A stretch of 64,000 bases of DNA from Chiloscyllium plagiosum (taxonomy: Eukaryota). The notes under the pieces are model-generated. The model searched no databases. It was given only the letters and a program-made list of their open reading frames with translations, and was not told where the DNA came from. The first letter of the stretch is position 1; every line of letters starts with the position of its first letter. Shown piece after piece: positions 26,911-39,302 of this stretch. The stretch spans positions 67,534,408 to 67,598,407 of the forward strand of contig NC_057718.1 of NCBI RefSeq assembly GCF_004010195.1, written 5' to 3'. The position numbers were made by a program, and so were the translations under genes.

Positions 26911-27143
26911 TTTTTATTTTCATTTCATGATCAATACTTTTATTTCCATATTCACCAAGAGACAGGAAAGCAGTCTTGGATTACATTTCAACTCCACCTT
27001 GTGAAGGGTGAGTTTGTCAAACAGGTATTCTCCCATGCCATTCTCAGGGGCTACCAATCTGTTAGGTCAGTGACATGATCTCCAAGCTTCTTGACGTTTT
27101 ACACTTGCTCATCCAAGTAGTGAGACTCTAGGAAGTCACAAAG
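26911..27143 (-). pseudogene. 5'-truncated ferritin (heavy/middle-type) processed pseudogene
   Basis: [26 protein letters not shown], then a frameshift, then RLVAPENGMGEYLFDKLTL (27143-27004); AATAAA at 26944-26939 followed by an A-rich tail. Confidence 0.9.
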
Positions 27144-28369
27144 AATGATTCCCATTCTAAACTTTTGATCAAGAATGTGATGCTGGTATATCTCTCATAT
27201 TGATTTTGCAGAATCCTGCAGCAGGAATTTTGATCGGTTCAATTTTATTTATACTTTTCACCATTTAAGGAACTATGGTCAACTTACATACTTCAAGATA
27301 AAGTGATCAAGTATGTGGCAAGGTGTAACCCTCATAAATCGCAATATTCAAAATTCCTCTAATGTCCTGCATGAGCCAAAACCTTCTGGCTCACATGTAG
27401 GCTGCAATCAACTAAGCCAAATCAACACTATACTAATTGACAGATCTGGAAACACCTGTGGAGAGAGAAACAGAGCTAACATTTCAAGTCCAATATGACC
27501 TATTGAGTTTCTCCAGCACTTTCTGTTTGGATTTCAGATCAACAGCATCTGCAGTACTTTCCATTTATTTTATTTTGTTGGTTGGCATGTAGGTTAAGGA
27601 TACCAGGGTATTTAGTACCTTTGAACCATTTCCCAACAAATATCTTACTCAGGAAAACAGTGCAAGGAACTGGGCATGTTAGGTCTGAAAACAATTAGGA
27701 GAAAACAAAAGCATTATTAACATTGTTTTATTTCACCACCAGGGGGACCGAATTATCTTTCATCATTGAACACATAGTGAAAATTCTGACATCATCATAA
27801 CCAGTTCATGGTAGAATTTTTATTATCTGGTATGCATAGCATATATATATTTCTATAATATGTTATAACAACTTATTTGTGGTATAACTTTTATTGTTCA
27901 TGGATTAAAGTTTCTAATTGTGTTGCTGTAGTGATTTGTTTTTCACATAACTATACTCTGAACAGATATTGCCTACAATGTCGTGATCTAATTCAAAAAG
28001 CACTCTAAGATAAAGAGAAAATGGAGAACCTTGGTCAGAAATCGAATTGTTCCACAACATGCAGCACATGGTCTTAGCAAAAGGTTTTGTTCATGTGAAA
28101 CCTGCTGAAATATGAAGCATGAAAATGCAGTTTAAAAAGAAAATGCATATTTTAATGCAATCATAAATCAAATTCCCATCAAATAACAACAAAGTTGTAT
28201 GGAAAACATGGAAGGGAAGTGAGTACCAAATTGTGCATATACACCAAATACACAGCTTTACCTAATTCTCTCATAATCTCGTCTTGAGCTGTTGAATATA
28301 GCTTGGGATTTAGACTACAGCAGTCCTTGCTTCCCAGTTGACACTTGCTATATTCGAGCTATATATAGC

Positions 28370-28590
28370 TGGGCTGTGGAAAGAAAAAGGATAGAGAAAA
28401 TGGAGGAAGAGATGGAAAGGAGGAAAAATAAGGATTAGCAAATAGTAAAGAAAAGAGACCGATAAAAATAAAATTAGATAGAAAGGAATTAAAACAATAA
28501 TTAGAAAATGGTAAAGAAAAGAGATAGGTAAAAGTAAAACAGAAAAGGAAGAGAGGCACACACATACACAGAGCATAAAATAGCAAAGCA
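28370..28590 (+). repeat. A/G-rich low-complexity tract
   Basis: Strongly purine-biased with no clear period. Confidence 0.7.
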
Positions 28591-29250
28591 AGGACAGAAC
28601 TTTGTTTTCACAGTCTGCTCACATTCTTGTGAAATTGGGCAAGGCAGAGCTCATGCATGCATAATTGAATGCACACATAGCACTCCTTACAGGCCTCCCA
28701 TTACCACTGGTTTAACCATTAAAAATAAATGCGAAAATAGTCTGATCTTTTCAATCAGTAAAAAATTAATGCTGGGGAGATTCAACATCATATCATTGCT
28801 ATTTTTGACACAGTTGCATACTTTCATACAATTACCTTTACACAACAGTTAATACCCATAATTTCAATGACTTCATTGACATTGCGTCAATGTGTATTTC
28901 CTAATTTTTTGCATTAGTGTGATGATACCCTGGCCACCATTATAATCTGAAAAATGGAATAAAATAGCTTTATTAAAATGTGCATAAATAAAGGACTATT
29001 AAAAAAGACACAGATCTAATCACAGAGGTTATAGGTTTAAAAGGTAATTTTCTGTGCTATACAGCAAAGTGCAATTATGATTGACCACCTTTTCCTGGGT
29101 TTTATTAGGGCACTAACGATTAGTTCCAAGATTAAAGTGCATGCTTTGCCATCTAAGCACACAAACTTTCTGTGTAGGCCAACAATACAAGTTCCTGAGT
29201 GCTGACATGTAGGAAAATTTCTTAAATTATCTTAACATGTTTACTAGCAG

Positions 29251-29327
29251 TTTATTTGCCGGGGTTTGTGGGTAATGGGGAGGACTGCGAATAATCTGCG
29301 TGCATTTGTTAGCAGCGACACATACAG
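29251..29327 (+). other. Candidate small exon
   Basis: cttaacatgtttacTAGCAG acceptor and consensus CAG|GTAAGT donor; 4 CpGs in unique sequence. Confidence 0.4.
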
Positions 29328-29554
29328 GTAAGTATGTTGAGGGGTTCTCGATGACATGCCTCGTTTAAATAATATAAACCAAAGTCCAGGCCTAAACTGA
29401 CTGCCTAGATAACTGACAAGACTGAGACTTTTCCTCAGGAGATTGCAACTGTGGAAGGAGGAGAGTACTGGACATTAGTCAGAGAAGCATTTCCAGCACT
29501 ATCAGAGAGGGTTGGGAAGTTACAATTGGGAATTTACAATTCCCAAATGGGAGA

Positions 29555-31156
29555 TGAAATAACTGCACAGAGGCCAATATCCCATCACTAAGTCACCCTT
29601 TATTTACATGTGAACATGACCAGCCAGCTCAGCCAGTCCCTAGAATGAGGACATTCTGAATATCCTGTTTCTTTTTTTTCTGATAGTCCTGTTCTTTTTT
29701 CTTTTTTTTTTCTTTTTCTTTCTTTTTTTCTTTTTTACCCCCACACTGCCGCCTAACTGCCGTAGTTCTTATTTGTCCCCAGCACCCATGTTGTGTGAGT
29801 ACAGGTGTGAGACACAGTGAAAGACACAAGGTGTACAAATCTTTATCCAATTTCCACCACCAGGAAGAAAGGAAACACCCAAGTGGCCAGTGAAAAGCAG
29901 TGCCTTTCACATCAAAGGGCAATGCTGTGTGATCAAACAGTGAAGGGGAGGGCAGGGACTAAATCAAATTGGAGTTGGAGGGGGAAATAATGCACTCCAC
30001 TCCCTGCGACGCCCACCTCTCCCTGAACAACTCCAGGGTGTTGGTGGACACCGCGTGCTCCTTCTCCAGAGACACCCGGGCCCTAACGTAACCGTGGAAG
30101 AGGGGCAGGCAGTCGGCCCTAACAACCCCCTCCACGGCCCGCTGCCTGGAATCTCCTGTTTCTTCTTTTTTAATGAAACAAGCCCTTCTCCATTTAACCC
30201 TTTAAGTACCAATGTTTCAAATAAATATTGTTGCAACTTTTACTTCTTATGTCTAACATCTTCAGCATTAACTCACTTAATTTAAGTTCACTTTATCTTA
30301 TTTCAACTTAATTTATATTTAACCCCCACCCTTACTGGAACTCTATAAAAGTTTGGCTTGAATCAAATACTACTCCGATTTGGCTGAATTCAATCTCCTG
30401 TTTCTTTTTTTAAAAAAAAATTTCAGTGCTTGGAGTTTCTGCTATGATTGACATTTTCACTGACTTGTAGTGAAAGCAATCTTTTAATAAAATGTTAATT
30501 TATGAATGTGAAATAACTCCACAGAGGTCAACGTCCTGTCACCAAATCACCCTTTATTTACGCACAGAAAGTCCTTGACACTGATCCAGCTCCCTCAGAG
30601 CCAGCTCTCAGGATCAGAATGTCTGACACTCCTGCTTTTTTCTTTGACCAGAACCTCCAAAACTCCTGTTTTTTTTTAAGTATCCATGTTGTGTGTGCAG
30701 GTGTGAGACACAGTGAAAGACACAAGGTGCACAAATCTTTATTTTTTTTAAAGGGGAAGGTCCCTGTTTGTTTTTTTTTGTTTTTTTTTCTTTTTCTTTT
30801 TCTTTTACAAAGTGCAGACAATACAGACCCAGCAAGCCCCCATCCCTCCCACCTTTCGACAATGTCCCATTTATCTTCTTTTTTTTAATTTTTTTTTTTC
30901 TTTGCTTTTTCCTTTAACCCCCACACTACCACCTAAATGCGGTAGTGCTTATTTTATCCCCAGCACCCATGGTGTGTGCGTGCAGGTGTGAGACACAGTG
31001 AAAGACACAAAGTGCACCAATCTTTATTCGGTTTCCACCACCAGGTGGAATTGAATCTCCTGTCAGCCAGGACTCTCTGATTGGCCCAGGTAAACAATCC
31101 TAATCAAGAATCTTATTCCCAATGAGATTCACCTGATCCTTTCTTCAATCACTATG
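29555..31156. mobile_element. Two LTR-like halves (29555-29667; 30507-30634 plus 31050-31156) hosting a cluster of poly(A)-tailed insertions
   Basis: tgaaataact(g/c)cacagagg...cacc(c/t)tttatttac repeated at 29555 and 30509; remainder tcagccagg...caatcacta after 31060. Confidence 0.65.
29692..30150 (-). mobile_element. Tx1-like LINE 3' end (ORF2 C-terminus, 3' UTR, poly-A)
   Basis: Minus strand SRQRAVEGVVRADCLPLFHGYVRARVSLEKEHAVSTNTLELFRERWASQGVECII; long T-tract at 29692-29736; UTR repeated at ~30680-30745 and ~30916-31044. Confidence 0.75.
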
Positions 31157-32765
31157 GGAGCAATATTTCAATGTGCAAGATCATGGGTGGCTAGGACTGG
31201 GAAAGCCCTAAGAACCATTGACAAGCCGAGGGATATCTCCTGCTTCTTCTGATCTGAATTGAGTTCAAAGACACAAATCTGTACCATAAACTTCCCTCTT
31301 ACCTTGGTTAACAATACTTTGTCAGTTCTCCAAGAAAAAAGTTCTGTTTTCTGATATTGCAATTTTGTAAATGTTAGAAAGATTCCTCCGTGAAAGTGAA
31401 ATGAATTATCGAATGTGAGGGGTGCTCATCAAAATCCTGACTAGTCCCAACAAAATGACAGGTTGTGATGTTATTCAATATTTAACACTAGTTTGGTGTT
31501 ATACCAACCTGCCATCCTTGGCCTTGCACCATTTGTTAATGAACTCTCCTAAACATTCTTCGCAAAACATGCATTCAGTTGCCCAAAGGACTAATGTCTC
31601 CACATCCCACTACCTCCTCCTTCTACATGGTGTCATTTAAAGGGATTAGCATGGTCCTTTCAGGTGAAGTATTTTCATTTTATTTTGCTGTTGCTGAGTG
31701 AGTGGAAGTACCGTGTACTGTGGTTGTTGGAAGATTGCTAACAATTATTAGAGTAATTAGTGAGGAGCTTTCCAGGGAATTCAGTGAAATTTAAAAATCA
31801 GTGGGAAGCCTGCTGTCACTCATAGAGGATACGGATGCAGTCCATCTTGGGATACAGTCTGTGAGTCAGCATGTGCAACTCCTGCATCTATTCTAGCCTC
31901 TGAAAAAAAACATACAGTGCAAATCGCAGAGCTGTTTGCTATGTGCATCAAATTAAATGATGGTGTGCTATTTGTCAGTCACATGTTCTTGCTCAAACCC
32001 TTTGCAGCAAAGCTGTACTGGCTGGCCAGGCAGTAGTGTTATGATTTCAAAAAATATTTGCTGTGTATATTTATTGTGAAAAATAGAGCTTCCATCTACA
32101 GGTTCAATAGCAGGCAGTGGAGAGATTCCTCATTCCCAACTGTCTGCCCCTATTCCAAGGATATGTCCACACTCAAGTATCCCTGGACAGGAAGTATACA
32201 AGTGCCACTGGCATGGGCTATGACAGGTGTGTCCCAAAGTGACTGGGGTGCACCCTCATTCCTAGTCATGAAATTATGATTTAATTTTGATAAGTTTCCT
32301 TTGTAAGTTTCTGTCAAACTTTTTATTCTTTTTGTTACAGTGCCCACCAAGGATATGTCTTAACTTTTTTTGTTTATTTCAAATGAATATAATTTGAGCC
32401 TAATCTTTACTTATGGAGATGTTCCCATTTATAGGGGCATAACTAAATTTCCATTTAACTAGGAGGTGATGACAAAGTGATGTTGTCACTGGACAAGTAA
32501 TCCAGAACACCCAGGCTAATTCTAAATTGACAACATGGGTTCAAAGCCAACTACAGCAGATGATGAAATTTGAATTCAACTAATAATTCAGAGTTAAAAG
32601 CAAGTGTAATGGTGACCATTGTCAACTTTCTTAAAAACCCATTTGGTTCGCTAATGCCCCTTAAAAGTGAAAATCTGCCATCCTACATGTGTGTCCAGGC
32701 CACAGCAATACAGCTAACACTTTAAAATACACTTCTGAAATATCCTAACAAGCCACTTAGTTTAT

Positions 32766-33060
32766 ATTAGATTAGATTACTTACAGTGTGGAAACAGGCC
32801 CTTCGGCCCAACAAGTCCACGCCGCCCCGCTGAAGCGCAACACACCCATACCCCTACATCTACCCCTTACCTAACACTACGGGCAATTTAGCATGGCCAA
32901 TTCACCTGACCTGCACATCTTTGGACTGTGGGAGGAAACCGGAGCACCCGGAGGAAACCCACACAGACACGGGGAGAATGTGCAAACTCCACACAGTCAG
33001 TCGCCTGAGACGGGAATTGAACCCGGGTCTCTGGCGCTGTGAGGCAGCAGTGCTAACCAG
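32766..33060 (-). mobile_element. HE1-type SINE (young, CpG-retaining)
   Basis: Head, body and aatct-repeat tail present. Confidence 0.92.
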
Positions 33061-33992
33061 CAGTTCTATCAAATTGCTATGAAGTATAAAGATAAAAATG
33101 GAACTCTGTGGACCAACTGGTATCAACCTAAGTATCGGAATGGACAACGGAAAACCCAGCCCTGGCATCGCTGCAAAGTCCTCTTTATTAATATCTGAGG
33201 GCTTCTGCAAAAATTGGGAGAGCTGTGCCACAGATTAGTAAAGCAACAGCCTTTCATAATCATACTTACAGGAGCATTCCTTGCCCTCAGGTCCCAGACT
33301 CCACCATCATCATCTCTAGAAAAGTTCTATCCCACCTATAGGGCATACCCAAAAGAGGTGGTGGCACAGTGGTATATAGTTGGAAGGGACTGAGAATCTT
33401 CAAAATTGTCTCTGGACCCAATTAAGTCTCATGGCATCAGGTCAAACATAAGAAAGGAAAGCCACTCACTGATTACTAAGTCCTTCCTTAGCACAGCTCA
33501 TGAATCAGTACTCCCCCATGTTGAACACTGTTTAGAAGCACTGAGGATGAAGAAAACACAGAATGTATTCTGGGTGGGGAACTTGAGTGTTTATTCAAAT
33601 AGTGCCACTATTGATTGAGATGATCAACTCCTAAAATAAGTCATTGCAGATTGATTCTGCAACAGGTAAAGTCCCATCCTCACATTAAGAGTACACTCCA
33701 TTGTGTTGGGTGGCACCACCAACATGCTAAATAGGATAGATATTGATTAGATGTAGCAATTCAAATTTAGACATCAATGATGCACAGATGTGTTGTATGC
33801 AACCACAATTTGTAATTTCAGGACACTGCACAATTCTCTCTCTTCCATTATCAACAAGCCAGAGGGAACAATATTGATTCAATGAAAAGAGCAGGTCCTG
33901 GTAAAACTAAAACACAGGACTACTTGTATGTCAAGGAGTGGAAGGAACATGTAAAAGGCAAGGCTAAACAATCTCACAACCAACGAATAAAC

Positions 33993-34352
33993 TGGGTGGC
34001 ACAGTGGCTATTGGGCGGCATAGTGGCTCAGTGGTTAGCACTGCTGCCTCACTGTGCCAGGAACTTGGGTTCAATTCCAGCTTTGGGCAACTGCCTTTGT
34101 AGAGTTTGCATGTTCTCTTTGTGTCTGTGTGGTTTCTGCTGGATGCTCTTGCTTCCACCCACAGTCCAGAAATATGCATGTTTGGTGGATTGTCCATAGT
34201 GTCTTGGGATGTGCAAACTAAGTGGATTAAGCATGGTAAATGCTGGCTTACAGGGATAGGCTATGGTGCTGGGTTTTGGTGGGATGCTCTTCGTGGGGTC
34301 GGTGCAGACTCAATGGGCTGAATAGTCTCTTTCCACACTATAGGGATTCTAA
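33993..34352 (+). mobile_element. HE1-type SINE
   Basis: gggcggcatagtggctcagtggttagcactgctgcctcac head, with a partial head duplication upstream. Confidence 0.9.
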
Positions 34353-36629
34353 TCCGATTTAAGTTCTATAATCCCTGCCACATTCAGTCGTGAATGGTGG
34401 TGCATGATTAAACTTAACAAGAGTAAGGGGATTCACAAATCAGTAACAACACAGGAGATCAGTGCAACTGGCAAGGCTGAAATATTTGTATCCATCTATT
34501 TGTAGCCATCTATATCTGATGTGCCAAAGGCCTCTTTCTAAACTTGAAAATTATATGATTACATGACTCCCTGTGATTCTGTTACTCTAAGTGCCAAATG
34601 GATGATCCCTTTCAGCAACATCTTGAGATCCACTGCATCACATATTAGGCTTTAACTAATTTGATTCAAATCACACGATATCAGGAAATGATTGAAGGCA
34701 TTGAGTGTGCAAAGACTCTGGGCCCTGATTATGCTCCAGCAATAGAGCCTTTGCTCCAGAACTCACTGTGGCCCAGTAAAGCTGCAACACAGGTATCTAC
34801 GTACTGCAATGCAGGAAATTACCGAGGTACATCCTGTCCACAAAAGGAAAGACTATTCCAATCAGTTTACTCTTGATCATCAAAAAAATAATGGAAAGGG
34901 TTGTCAATAGTACTATCAAGTAGTACTTGTTCAGAAATAACTTGTTCAATGATGCTCAGATTAGTTTTCTCCAGTCATTCAGCTCCAGTTCACATTAAAT
35001 CTTTGGTCCAGACATGGCCCAAATGAACTCCAGAGGTGAGCTGAGAGTGACTGTCCATGATATCAACACTTGACCAAGTCCAGCATCAAGGAGCCCTATC
35101 ACAAACTGAAGTCAATAGGAATCTCTCCTCTCCCTAGAGTCATACAAAACACAAAGGAAGATGGTTATGATTTTTGGATGTCAAAATCTCAGTTGCAAGA
35201 CATCTCTGGAGTTCTTTAATGTAGTGACTTGGGCCCAACCATCTTCAGCTATTTCATTAATGACACTCCATCCATCATAAAGTCAGAATTAGGGGTATTT
35301 GCTGATGATTGCACAACATTCAGCACTGCTCATGACTCAATTGACTAGATAATAATGACTAGGAACTGACTCAATCAGCCATATAAATACTGTTGATACA
35401 GAAGCAAGTCAAAGGCCAGTAATTCTGTAGAAAATAACTCATCTTCTAGCTCTTCAAAGCCTGTCCACCATCTTTGAGGAACAAGTGAACAGAATATTCT
35501 ACATTTGCCTCAAAATTAATCAAAAACCTTGATTCCACCAAGAACAAAGCAGCCGGCTTGATTGTCCACCACCTTTCATTTTTGTTCCCTTCACCACAAC
35601 CACGCAGTGGCCCCTACAAGACAAACTGCTGTCCCTTTCACCAAGTCCCTTTCATCAGCACATTCCAGATCAGCAGTCTACATAACTTAGTAGTACAAGG
35701 CAACAGATGCATGGGAACACTATTACCTGCAAACTCCCCTCCAAGCCACAAACTGTCCTGACTTGTAACCATGCCATTGGTCTTTCACTGTCACAGCATT
35801 AAATTCCTGGAATTCTTTACCTAACAACACTAGAGGTGTCCCAAAACCCTAAGGACATATCACCAACAGCCTCTCAAGGCCAACCTGGGACGGCAGTAAA
35901 TGTTGGGTTAACCAGCCATGCCCCTATCCCTTGAATGAATTTTAAAAATGAAAACGAACATGAAATAAAGCAATTGCATTTGGAAAGTCAATGGACTGGG
36001 TGATAAGAATCTGAGAGAAAAGAAAGCACAATGTCAAATTACACACCTTTCATGTCATAGATTAGAAGTCATACTAAAGCAAATAAGTGTGGTTGTTGGA
36101 GAGACAAGGATCAGTGAAGAGGTAGAAAATTAGATTAAAATAGTTAGGTGTTTGTTTTTGACCTGTGCAGACCCAACGGGCTGAAAGCCTTTTTCTATCC
36201 TGCAAACCCTTATGACTGAGATTGTTGAAGTATGTGATATGAACAAAAGGCATCAGAGAACATCATTGGTGCCAGTTGTAAGTCTCTGTTAGGGCAGCGT
36301 AGTGAATTAGTAACCACAGATTCAAAAGTGTCAACCGAAGACAGAACATTTTTATCTTATATTTTATGGACGTGCCAAGTAGATTTAGTTTTTCTGCAGT
36401 AATCATGATGAGGACAATAGGGTGATTGCAGATAAAATCATGGAAAAATGGATAGGGACCAGACTGAGAGCATATTTAAATTATGACTGACAGTGGAGTA
36501 TATTTTCCCAATGAGCTGTTTGGAAAAGTGTGAAAATATGAATATTCTAGTCAATATTCTTACAGTGTGGAATTTTAAGAAATGGCAGGGAACAGAGGAT
36601 ATTGGTTGAAGTGTGTTTTGTGACTGGAA

Positions 36630-37435
36630 ACCATAGAAGCATAGGACGTAGATGAAAGAGGAGGACATTGTGCCCTTTGAGCCTGCTCTTCCATTCAATA
36701 TGGTCATGTCTGATCATTCAATTTCTGTTCCTGCTTTCTCTGCGTACCCTTTGATCACTTTAGCTCAAAGAATGATGTATCATTCCTCCTTGAAAACTTT
36801 CAATGTTTTGTCCTTAACAATATTCTGTGGCAGACAATTCCATAGGTTTACCATTCTCTGGGTGAAGAAATTTCTCCTCACTTCAGTTCTAAATGGCCTG
36901 TCCTGTATTTTTAGATGCTGACCCCTGGTTCTGAACTCCCAGTCATCAGAAGCACTCATCTTGGTTTACCCTGTCTCATCCTGTTAGAATTAAATAGGTT
37001 TCTATAAGATCCCCTCTCATTCTTCTAAACTTTCTTGAATTTAGTCCTAACTGATCCAGTCTCTTTTCATTCCAAGAATCAGTCTGGTAAATATTTGTTG
37101 CACTCCATCCATAGTCAGAACATTTTTCCTCAGAGAAAAAGACCAAAACTGCACACCAAATAGTGGTCTCACCAATTACAGAAAGACATCCTTGCTCCTG
37201 TACTCAAATTCCTTTATGATGACCAACGTTCCATTTGTTTTCTTCACCCCTTCCTGCACTTGTATGCTAAATTTCGGTGACTGGTGTACAAGGATTCCCA
37301 GGCCTCGTTGCCTTCCTGGTTTTGCTACCAAAATGAATGAGCTCATATTTATTCACAGTTTACTTCATCTGCCATGCATTTGCTCACTCACTCAACTTGT
37401 CTAAATCTCACTGAAGCATCTCTGCATCCTCCTCA
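36630..37435 (-). mobile_element. CR1 3' fragment
   Basis: CR1 tail plus decayed ORF2 end. Confidence 0.8.
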
Positions 37436-37449
37436 CTCTTCCATTCAAG

Positions 37450-38570
37450 CCTATGTCCAATGGCGTACCAATAGGGTTTAGTATTGGGTCCCTTCTGGTC
37501 GTTGTGTACATTAACGATCTGGACATGAATGTAGGAGGTACGATGAATGTGTTTGAAGATGACATGAAAATTGATGGTGTGGTAAATAGCAAGAAGGTAA
37601 GCCTTAGACTACGGGATGATATAGATAAACCGATGGTCTGAACAGTGATATAAGGAGTGTAATCCTGAAAAATGTGAGGTGATTCATTTTGGGAGGACTA
37701 ACGAGGGAAGGGAATGCACATTGAATGTTGGGATGCTTGGAGGTACAAAGGATCCGAGGGATTTTTGTGCTCACGTCTATGTACATCCTTGCATGCAGCA
37801 GGAGAAGTGGATAAGGTAAAGAAGTTAAATGAGATTCTCGCCTTTATTAATCAAGGCATTGAATACAAGAGCAAGAAGATTATGATGGAACAAAACAGAA
37901 AACTGTGGATGCTGGAAATCTGAAACACAAAAGAAATTGCTAGAGATTTTCAGCAGGTCTGGCAGCATCAGTGGAGGGAAAACAGAGTTAACCGTTTGAG
38001 TCCAGTGACCATTCTTCTACTTTCTCTTATGTTATGATGTAGTTGTATCTCATGTTAGTTAGGCCACAGCTGGAGTAATTTGTTTAGTTTTAATTGCCTC
38101 ACTATAAGAAGATGTGATTGGGTACAGAAGAGATTGAGCAGAATGTTGCCTGAGTTGGAGCAATTTAGTTATGAAGAGAAACTCGATAGTTTGAGGCTGT
38201 TTTTCTTAAAACCTAGCAGGCTGAGGGGGAAACAGATTGAAATGTACATAGTCCTGAGATGAATACATGGAGTAGATGGGGATAAACATTCCCCCTTAGA
38301 ACCATTAGTTATGAAAATATCCAGTGGACACAGTTTTAACAGATGATTTAGCAGGGCTTTGAGGAATTCTATTTTCACCCAGTGGGCATCTGGAACTGAA
38401 AGGGTGGCTTAGTTGGGAACCCGGAAGACATCAAAATGCCATAGAATGCTAGACTATAGGCCACATGCTGGAAAATGAGATTACAACAGATGGATGCTTG
38501 ATGACTGGCATAGATACGATGGGCTGAAAGGCATATTTCCATAGTTTACAATTTGTATGATTTTATGAAA
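37450..38570 (+). mobile_element. CR1 RT 3' half with old PLE arm at ~37890-38020
   Basis: GVPIGFSIGSLLVVVYINDLD..VFEDDMK. Confidence 0.85.
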
Positions 38571-39110
38571 GTGATAGAGAAGGTGCTCCATGAGATTTTA
38601 ACTAATCAATCAAACTGTGAGCTAATAGCTGCCCTCACCTCGGTAGTCCATAAAGATAATTTGCTTCTAACGATTGGAGTCATTATTCTTACCAGTTACC
38701 TATGGGAGAATTCCCAAATATGTACTGTACTGTGTGATAGACTCTGCTACACAATGCTCCACAAGTGGTTCCATTTGTTTTATACATTTGAATGCCTTAC
38801 ATGCACAGCAAAGGCATTCATCAACTCTTTGGAGTTAATTTGGAAATTCTCCAGCTTCATATAAGACTGTCTGCAATTATCTCAAATACTAAAGAATTAG
38901 TGTGCTATTTATTTTCTCCTCTACATTCTGGAGATGAAATACAGATTAGTTGGTTATTAGATAAGATACCTTTTTTTATTCAGTCATGGGACATGGGCAT
39001 TTCTGGCTGACCAACATTCATACTTCAGTCAGTCTGGAGGGCTCACTGTATATCAGTTAGTCTGGGGTAAGGGTGTGCTCTTGTCAGTCTGTGCATTGGG
39101 TTCTAGTGTG

Positions 39111-39302
39111 GAGAAAGTGAGGACTGCAGATGCTGGAGATCAGAGTGGAAGAGTGTGGTGCTGGAAAAGCACAGCTGATCAAGCAGCATCCGAGGAGCAG
39201 GAGACTCAATGTTTCAATGAAGGGCTTATGCTTGAAATGTCGATTCTCCTGCTCCTCAGATGCTGACTGACCGGCTGTGCTTTTCCAGCACCACACTCTT
39301 TA
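39111..39302. mobile_element. Fold-back PLE-derived short element with 16-bp TSD
   Basis: TSD attgggttc(t/c)agtgtg at 39095-39110 and 39303-39318; inverted arms. Confidence 0.88.

Larger units (their letters stand above)
32470..35950 (+). mobile_element. Near-full-length old CR1-group LINE with SINE-like 5' head, EN and RT (two HE1 inserts)
   Basis: EN start ..LLQKLGELCHRLVKQQP..IILT (~33190); KTLGPD; LGPTIFSYFIND; VFADDCT; NSWNSLPN; tail ...tgaatgaattttaaaaa. Confidence 0.75.

Noticed and set aside
28310..28591. Hydrophobic multi-TM-looking minus-strand ORFs
   Set aside because: Artefact of the low-complexity purine tract
29253..29294. EGF-like peptide YLPGFVGNGEDCE in an alternative frame
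   Set aside because: Immediately followed by a stop, lacks the other cysteines, and is too short to exceed chance
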